This document shows positions 59,241-64,000 of a stretch of 64,000 bases of DNA, in pieces. The first letter of the stretch is position 1. The number at the start of each line of letters is the position of its first letter. The stretch covers positions 32,001 through 96,000 of the forward strand of contig JBMNJT010000002.1 of the NCBI GenBank assembly GCA_050951805.1, written 5' to 3'. Under the pieces are notes generated by a model, which worked only from the letters and a program-made list of their open reading frames with translations, was not told the DNA's origin and searched no databases. This DNA comes from Bacillota bacterium. GTDB lineage: Bacteria; Bacillota; DTU025. Both the position numbers and the translations under genes were made by a program.

Positions 59241-59405
59241 GTGGCGGAGAGATTTGGAGCTGGTCCAACCCGCCAAGTTCCAGTATGGGCTTTGATTCTG
59301 ACGGCGGGCGTGGGGCTGATGGCGGTTGGCGCAAGACTGGGCGACTTCGAGATGATATTTCTGAACGCAAAACTAATCTGCCTTTCGTGCATAGGGATTG
59401 AGTGA
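59241..59405 (+). CDS. CD1871A-family small CXXC-motif membrane protein (54 aa; absent from the ORF track)
   Basis: GTG start after GGGGGA. Reads MAERFGAGPTRQVPVWALILTAGVGLMAVGARLGDFEMIFLNAKLICLSCIGIE. Fits tightly between tlpA and the 4Fe-4S gene. Confidence 0.85.
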   Translation: MAERFGAGPTRQVPVWALILTAGVGLMAVGARLGDFEMIFLNAKLICLSCIGIE

Positions 59406-59408
59406 TAG

Positions 59409-60224
59409 ATGGCTATACGAAAACGGAAATCGTCGGCCCGTTCCATCGTGCAGGCGCTGGCGACGATTGCTGCAAATTCAGGCTTTCCACAGATGAAGAT
59501 CTGCCCGTACCCCGGGCTGAACTGTTATGCCTGCCCCTTGGCATCCTTTGCGTGTCCCATTGGGTCGCTTCAGAAGTTCATCGCCACAAGGCAGTTCCCT
59601 TATGCCATGACCGGGTTTTTTGCGACGGTAGGAGCTGTAGTGGGGCGGGCTGCTTGCGGGTGGGTATGCCCCTTTGGATTTCTCCAGGATCTCCTGGCAA
59701 AATTGGGGCCGAAGCGGAAACTTCTTCGATCTCAGCGAGGGAATTGGATCAGATACGCGGTCTTGATCGCCTTGGTCGGAGTGGGAACATACGCAGTCGG
59801 GCAGCCGCTGTTTTGCAAGATATGTCCGGCGGGGACACTAGAAGGCGGAATACCGCAGGTGCTTACGAAACCCGCGCTAAGAGTGCTCATCGGACCGCGC
59901 TACTGGGTGAAGATCGGCCTTTTGGCTGTGATGATCGCGGCTTCGATATTGATCAAAAGGCCGTTCTGCCGATTTGCATGTCCGTTGGGGGCCATCTGGT
60001 CGCCATTTAACAAGGCGAGCTTGATGCGCTTGGAGGTGGACGAGGGAGCTTGCACTCAGTGTGGAGCATGCAAGAACGTTTGCCCTGTTGAACTTGAGGT
60101 TTACCGAGATCCGAATTCGGACGCGTGCATCAGGTGCCTGGAGTGCACAAGGTGTGATGCGGTGAGCGTGAGCTGGAGCCGGAAGTCTACCAGCGCAGGC
60201 AAAGCTTGCGTTGGCGGTCTGTAG
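59409..60224 (+). CDS. Membrane 4Fe-4S binding protein (NapH/MauN-like)
   Basis: CPYPGLNCYACP, GRAACGWVCPFG, RPFCRFACPLGA, CTQCGACKNVCP, CIRCLEC. Confidence 0.9.
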   Translation: MAIRKRKSSARSIVQALATIAANSGFPQMKICPYPGLNCYACPLASFACPIGSLQKFIATRQFPYAMTGFFATVGAVVGRAACGWVCPFGFLQDLLAKLGPKRKLLRSQRGNWIRYAVLIALVGVGTYAVGQPLFCKICPAGTLEGGIPQVLTKPALRVLIGPRYWVKIGLLAVMIAASILIKRPFCRFACPLGAIWSPFNKASLMRLEVDEGACTQCGACKNVCPVELEVYRDPNSDACIRCLECTRCDAVSVSWSRKSTSAGKACVGGL

Positions 60225-60690
60225 GGGTCAAGTGGAGGAGATCCCGCACGCAGTGGATGGCGTTTCACGGAGCGGGGCTTTTTACACATTCATCAGCTTT
60301 GAGCAAAACAATGCAGTCTATAGAACCGATCATAGAGCGCTATCGAAGCCCGACGCAGACGAGTATTTCGGTCTCTTCCAGGATGCAGGCTGGGAGCACG
60401 TGGCATCCTATTCGAATACCCACTATTTCAGGTGTCTGCCTGAGGCATGCGAGTTCCCGGAAATCCATTCTGATAGGGATTAGTTGAGGGACGAGTATCG
60501 GCGCAGGGACTGGATAATGCTGGCCTTTATTGTGATATACTTGCCTGATTGGATCACCATTGTCTTAAGATCGGTCCCATCAGGGAAAGGCCCATTTCTG
60601 ACCGGGCTCTATTCGTTAGGAAGACGGGGTTGCGTCCTCTTGATCGCCATGGCCGTATACTGGATGTACATGCTGATGAGGTCGGACTAG
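60225..60690 (+). pseudogene. DUF2812-like membrane protein remnant
   Basis: YRTDHR...EYFGLFQDAGWEHV...YFR...PEIHSD pattern. 5' end missing; in-frame TAG at 60481. Confidence 0.6.
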
Positions 60691-60725
60691 GCGACCTAGG
60701 TTCGTTAGCGTCTCGAGCAATCCTG

Positions 60726-60986
60726 ATGATCATATTCCTGTTTGGCTCCTATGCATGGGGTGTCCCGTGCACGGAATCAGACTTGGACACCTATGTGGTG
60801 CTGCCTGAGAACGTAGACATGAGAGGGTGAAGTTGATTCGCAAAGCCATTTATGACAAAAAGACAATGCCCGTGGATGTGATAGTAAGCAAAGAGAACGA
60901 GTCTAACCGCTGGAAAATTGCCCCCACTATTGAACGGTAGTTTGTGTAGGAGAGAATAGTGCTGTATGGATGACAGCATAGTCTAG
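60726..60986 (+). pseudogene. Minimal nucleotidyltransferase (MNT) remnant followed by the start of a probable HEPN partner
   Basis: IFLFGSYAWG...SDLDTYVV...PVDVIV...IVLYG* with a frameshift and stops. Overlapping ATG (MDDSIV*) at 60966, as in MNT-HEPN pairs. Confidence 0.65.
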
Positions 60987-61868
60987 GGACTGATAAGTCA
61001 GTCAGTCGAAGAAAGCAGATCAGAGCTTGTTGGCGATACCAGGTTATGGAACGCTGCGAATAATTCGCAGTGTTTTGGCATGACACTACGAATATTTCGC
61101 GGATAGCATTACAGTTAGAGACAGTTAATGGAATGTAATACCTTTCGGGGCGCTGAATCCCCATATTTGTCCACATAGCAGGCCAGTACAATAGCATGAA
61201 TAGGTAATATCCGGGTCGGTATGGAAAATACAAACCATATAAAGTCATTCCAATTCATATTATGTAAACTTCACTTCTAACGCTACGATTTTTTCGTAGC
61301 ATAAGAAAAAATACTACGACAAAATCGCACTGTAGCCCTTGTCTTGTCCGATTCCCGCCTAATGACGACCGACAGGGATCATTTCATGCGCGCAGGCACT
61401 GATTTGGATAGGTGCTATTCGGTATTTGTCCTCGTTTTCAAAGAGCGCCACACAACTGGCCGGGTTTTGTTCAGCAAACCAACAACTAAAGATGATCTTG
61501 ATCCCAATGTCATATGGTCACCTACAGCCGTTCCATTGGCAACTCGAGCTATTTCGGTTTTGGCATTCTGCTCTGTTCACAAGATAAGTGCCTCGAGCTA
61601 CCGTTGTCAATCACCATCATCCACAGCAAAGACGCGTGTTTGACGCTGGGATAAGTGAATAAGATGTGCCGGCAGATACGTTATGGAGTTGTGGTCCACA
61701 ATTTCGTAAGGCGCAGGCAGCTTCAGCCATCCGGTCTCACGACTTCTGTGGTAGTATCAGGTGGTGGGTTTCACTTAGGTCATTAATAATCATCGAGGGT
61801 CTTAGTGAAATCTGTGGGTAGGGATAATGGGCTTTCCCCTGCTCAACCACTGTATGGAGGGAAATAGA

Positions 61869-62510
61869 TTGGCTAAGGGATTGAAGGATCCGGTTAGCGG
61901 GCTGACTCATCTTGCAGGTGCGATCATGTCCGTTATAGGCCTTGTTGTACTGTTGCGAGCAGGTATTGCCAATGAAGATCTGTGGCAGATTGTGTCGTTT
62001 TCAATATTCGGCGCCAGCCTGATATTGCTTTACTCCGCCAGCGCTGCATATCATTTGCTCAATGTCCCGTCCAGTGTGGAACTTGTATTGCGCAAGCTCG
62101 ATCACATAATGATCTTCGTTCTCATAGCCGGCACATACACTCCGGTCTGTCTCGGTCCGCTGCGTGGCGCTACGGGCTATGTCATACTGACGATAATCTG
62201 GGCTTTGGCTATTGCCGGCGTGTTCTTCAAGGTATTTTATCTCAACGCTCCGAGGTGGTTGTATACCGGCATATACTTGGCAATGGGCTGGCTTATTATC
62301 TTTGCTACAGGCCCTTTGGTCCGTGCAGTAGGCCTTCACATTCTCAGTTGGCTCCTTATCGGGGGAGTCTTCTACTCCATCGGGGCAGTGATCTACGGGC
62401 TCAAGAAGCCGGATCCGTTCCCGGGCCGGTTCGGCTTTCATGAGATATTCCACATCTTCATCCTCCTCGGCAGCCTGAGCCATTTTCGTTTTATCCATTT
62501 GCTTGCGTAG
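61869..62510 (+). CDS. Hemolysin III family (PAQR/TrhA) membrane protein
   Basis: SGLTHLAG, SAAYH, KLDHIMIFVLIAGTYTP, FHEIFHIFIL. Confidence 0.92.
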   Translation: MAKGLKDPVSGLTHLAGAIMSVIGLVVLLRAGIANEDLWQIVSFSIFGASLILLYSASAAYHLLNVPSSVELVLRKLDHIMIFVLIAGTYTPVCLGPLRGATGYVILTIIWALAIAGVFFKVFYLNAPRWLYTGIYLAMGWLIIFATGPLVRAVGLHILSWLLIGGVFYSIGAVIYGLKKPDPFPGRFGFHEIFHIFILLGSLSHFRFIHLLA

Positions 62511-62652
62511 CGTATCTTTCTTGCTGCATTGGTCTTCTCTTTTTTTCTGAAGGCCAAGTTGCGGGTATTATGGCAATTAGGTTACAAGCTGTATTTCTGC
62601 TATGATTAGTTGAGATGAGTCTTTCCTCATTTACACATCGGGAGGTGGCCGT

Positions 62653-64000
62653 ATGAGGTTCGCTGATCTTATTGCCACAGCTGTGCGGCGGTGTCGCGCA
62701 AGGCTCCTGGAGTCGTTCCTCATTGTGCTGGGCATTGCTCTCGGAGTTGCAGTGGTGGCTGCTTTTTCAGGACTCATCGGCACAGTAGGAAAAGAGTACC
62801 GCCAGTTCAGTGATTCCATAGCATTCAGAGAGATCTGTATCGAGTCAACGTCAGGGCGAAGCGGTGGAAGCTACTCCACTGATAGGCCGGCGTTTGCCCT
62901 GTCGCGGACTGGCGAGGCGCCGTACGAACTATCCCTACATGATGTGGATCGCATCAAGTCTAGGGTTTCTCCTGACGTGTACGTCTACGCATATGAGGAC
63001 TTCTTTCAACATCTGCGGCCTGGGGACGATCTCTCGGTCGGTTCATCCCTGGACGATTCTATTCCGAAATCTTCAGAAAACCCGGAAAAGGGCCCTGTGC
63101 CGCGAAATGTTCGAGTGATTGCTGCCACGGAAGAGGTGTTTTCCGCCTACGGCGCCGAATTCCGGGAAGGCATAGGGTTCTCCCGCCCTGATGTAGGTTC
63201 CGGCGAAAGGTGCATGGTTCTCGGCAGCAGGCTGGCTGAGAGGTTCTTTGGAGATGCACCTGCTGTAGGGAAGAAGATGATATGGCAGAACGAATGGATG
63301 GATGGCCCCACAGGTGAACTTGAGCTTTCGCCTTCCGGGTATGTCTATACTGTGATCGGAGTTATGGAACGGATTGAGCCCCCGGTTTCAGCTGGGAAGG
63401 CAGGCGAATCTCCAGATGACATTGATTTCTCCATCGATGGAAGTGCCTATATTCCCATAACTTCAGCCCCTGGCATGGAGGGCCCCAATCCGAAAGTCCA
63501 CGAGATCCATGCTATATCAGCCTTATCCAAAGATGCTGCACGAGCTATGGATGAGGTGAGGCAGGCGATAGAGACGGAATACGATGGGCGTCTTGATGCG
63601 AGCTCGGGGATGGAATACATGAAAGAGAGTATGCGCGAGCTGCGAAGCTTTGCCACTGGCATTCTGGTTTTGGCTTCGGCGGGATTGGTCATAGCATCGA
63701 TCAACATTCTCAACCTAATGCTTGCACGGGTTTTGCGGCGTACTCGGGAGATCGGTATTTCGGCTGCCCTGGGCGCAGGCCGGCGTGAGATATTCCGAGA
63801 GAGTCTGGCGGAGTCGCTGGTGCTTGGGATATCAGGAGGCGTAATAGGCCTTCCGCTCTCTTACGGCCTGGTAAAGCTGATGTCCCGCATTATGGAGGGG
63901 CTCGATGTGTCCGTCGGCCTTACAGGGGTTTTAGCCGGGGCTTTGTCCTGCATCGTAGTAAGCGTGATTTTCGGACTCTATCCAGCCTACCTCGCTGCCT
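62653..64000 (+). CDS. MacB/FtsX-type ABC transporter permease (3'-truncated by the window edge)
   Basis: RBS GGAGGTG; frame open to the window end. LGIALGVAVV, NILNLML...RTREIGI.AALGA, FGLYPA. Confidence 0.9.
   Translation, partial: MRFADLIATAVRRCRARLLESFLIVLGIALGVAVVAAFSGLIGTVGKEYRQFSDSIAFREICIESTSGRSGGSYSTDRPAFALSRTGEAPYELSLHDVDRIKSRVSPDVYVYAYEDFFQHLRPGDDLSVGSSLDDSIPKSSENPEKGPVPRNVRVIAATEEVFSAYGAEFREGIGFSRPDVGSGERCMVLGSRLAERFFGDAPAVGKKMIWQNEWMDGPTGELELSPSGYVYTVIGVMERIEPPVSAGKAGESPDDIDFSIDGSAYIPITSAPGMEGPNPKVHEIHAISALSKDAARAMDEVRQAIETEYDGRLDASSGMEYMKESMRELRSFATGILVLASAGLVIASINILNLMLARVLRRTREIGISAALGAGRREIFRESLAESLVLGISGGVIGLPLSYGLVKLMSRIMEGLDVSVGLTGVLAGALSCIVVSVIFGLYPAYLAA

Noticed and set aside
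60481-60483. Amber read-through in the DUF2812-like ORF
   Set aside because: The gene also lacks its 5' end and sits among other pseudogenes.
1-64000. CRISPR array, tRNA or rRNA genes
   Set aside because: No regularly spaced direct repeats, cloverleaf/T-loop signatures or rRNA-like sequence were seen in any intergenic region by eye.

Overview
This window looks like the chromosome of an anaerobic, probably spore-forming Bacillota (Firmicutes) bacterium. Bases 1-10.7 kb are a visibly more AT-rich defence island. It holds the 3' end of a DptG/SspG-like gene, a 1763-aa DptH/SspH-like nuclease-ATPase, a DUF4007 (SspB-like) gene and a large SspC/BrxC-like ATPase broken by three +1 frameshifts. Together these best fit an Ssp-type DNA-phosphorothioation system whose other genes lie outside the window or were lost. 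Bases 11.0-18.8 kb are an insertion-sequence hotspot: one IS256 with a structured ~300-nt 3' non-coding region, two complete IS21 elements with target duplications, an older IS21 remnant split by the second IS21, an inverted orphan IS256 end and a destroyed two-component system. The remainder is mostly housekeeping and accessory metabolism: rsgA with a candidate leader-peptide attenuator, a DUF362 Fe-S protein, sbcDC, tldD/pmbA, a MarR-fabH-acpP-fabK-fabD-fabG-fabF-fabZ cluster, a 3xLysM protein, a 6S-like RNA before the TM1266-hydE-hydG-hydF hydrogenase-maturation genes, a TlpA/CXXC-microprotein/4Fe-4S module, pseudogene debris, hemolysin III and a truncated ABC permease. No CRISPR array, tRNA or rRNA was seen. 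Family assignments come from motif recognition only; no database search was run.
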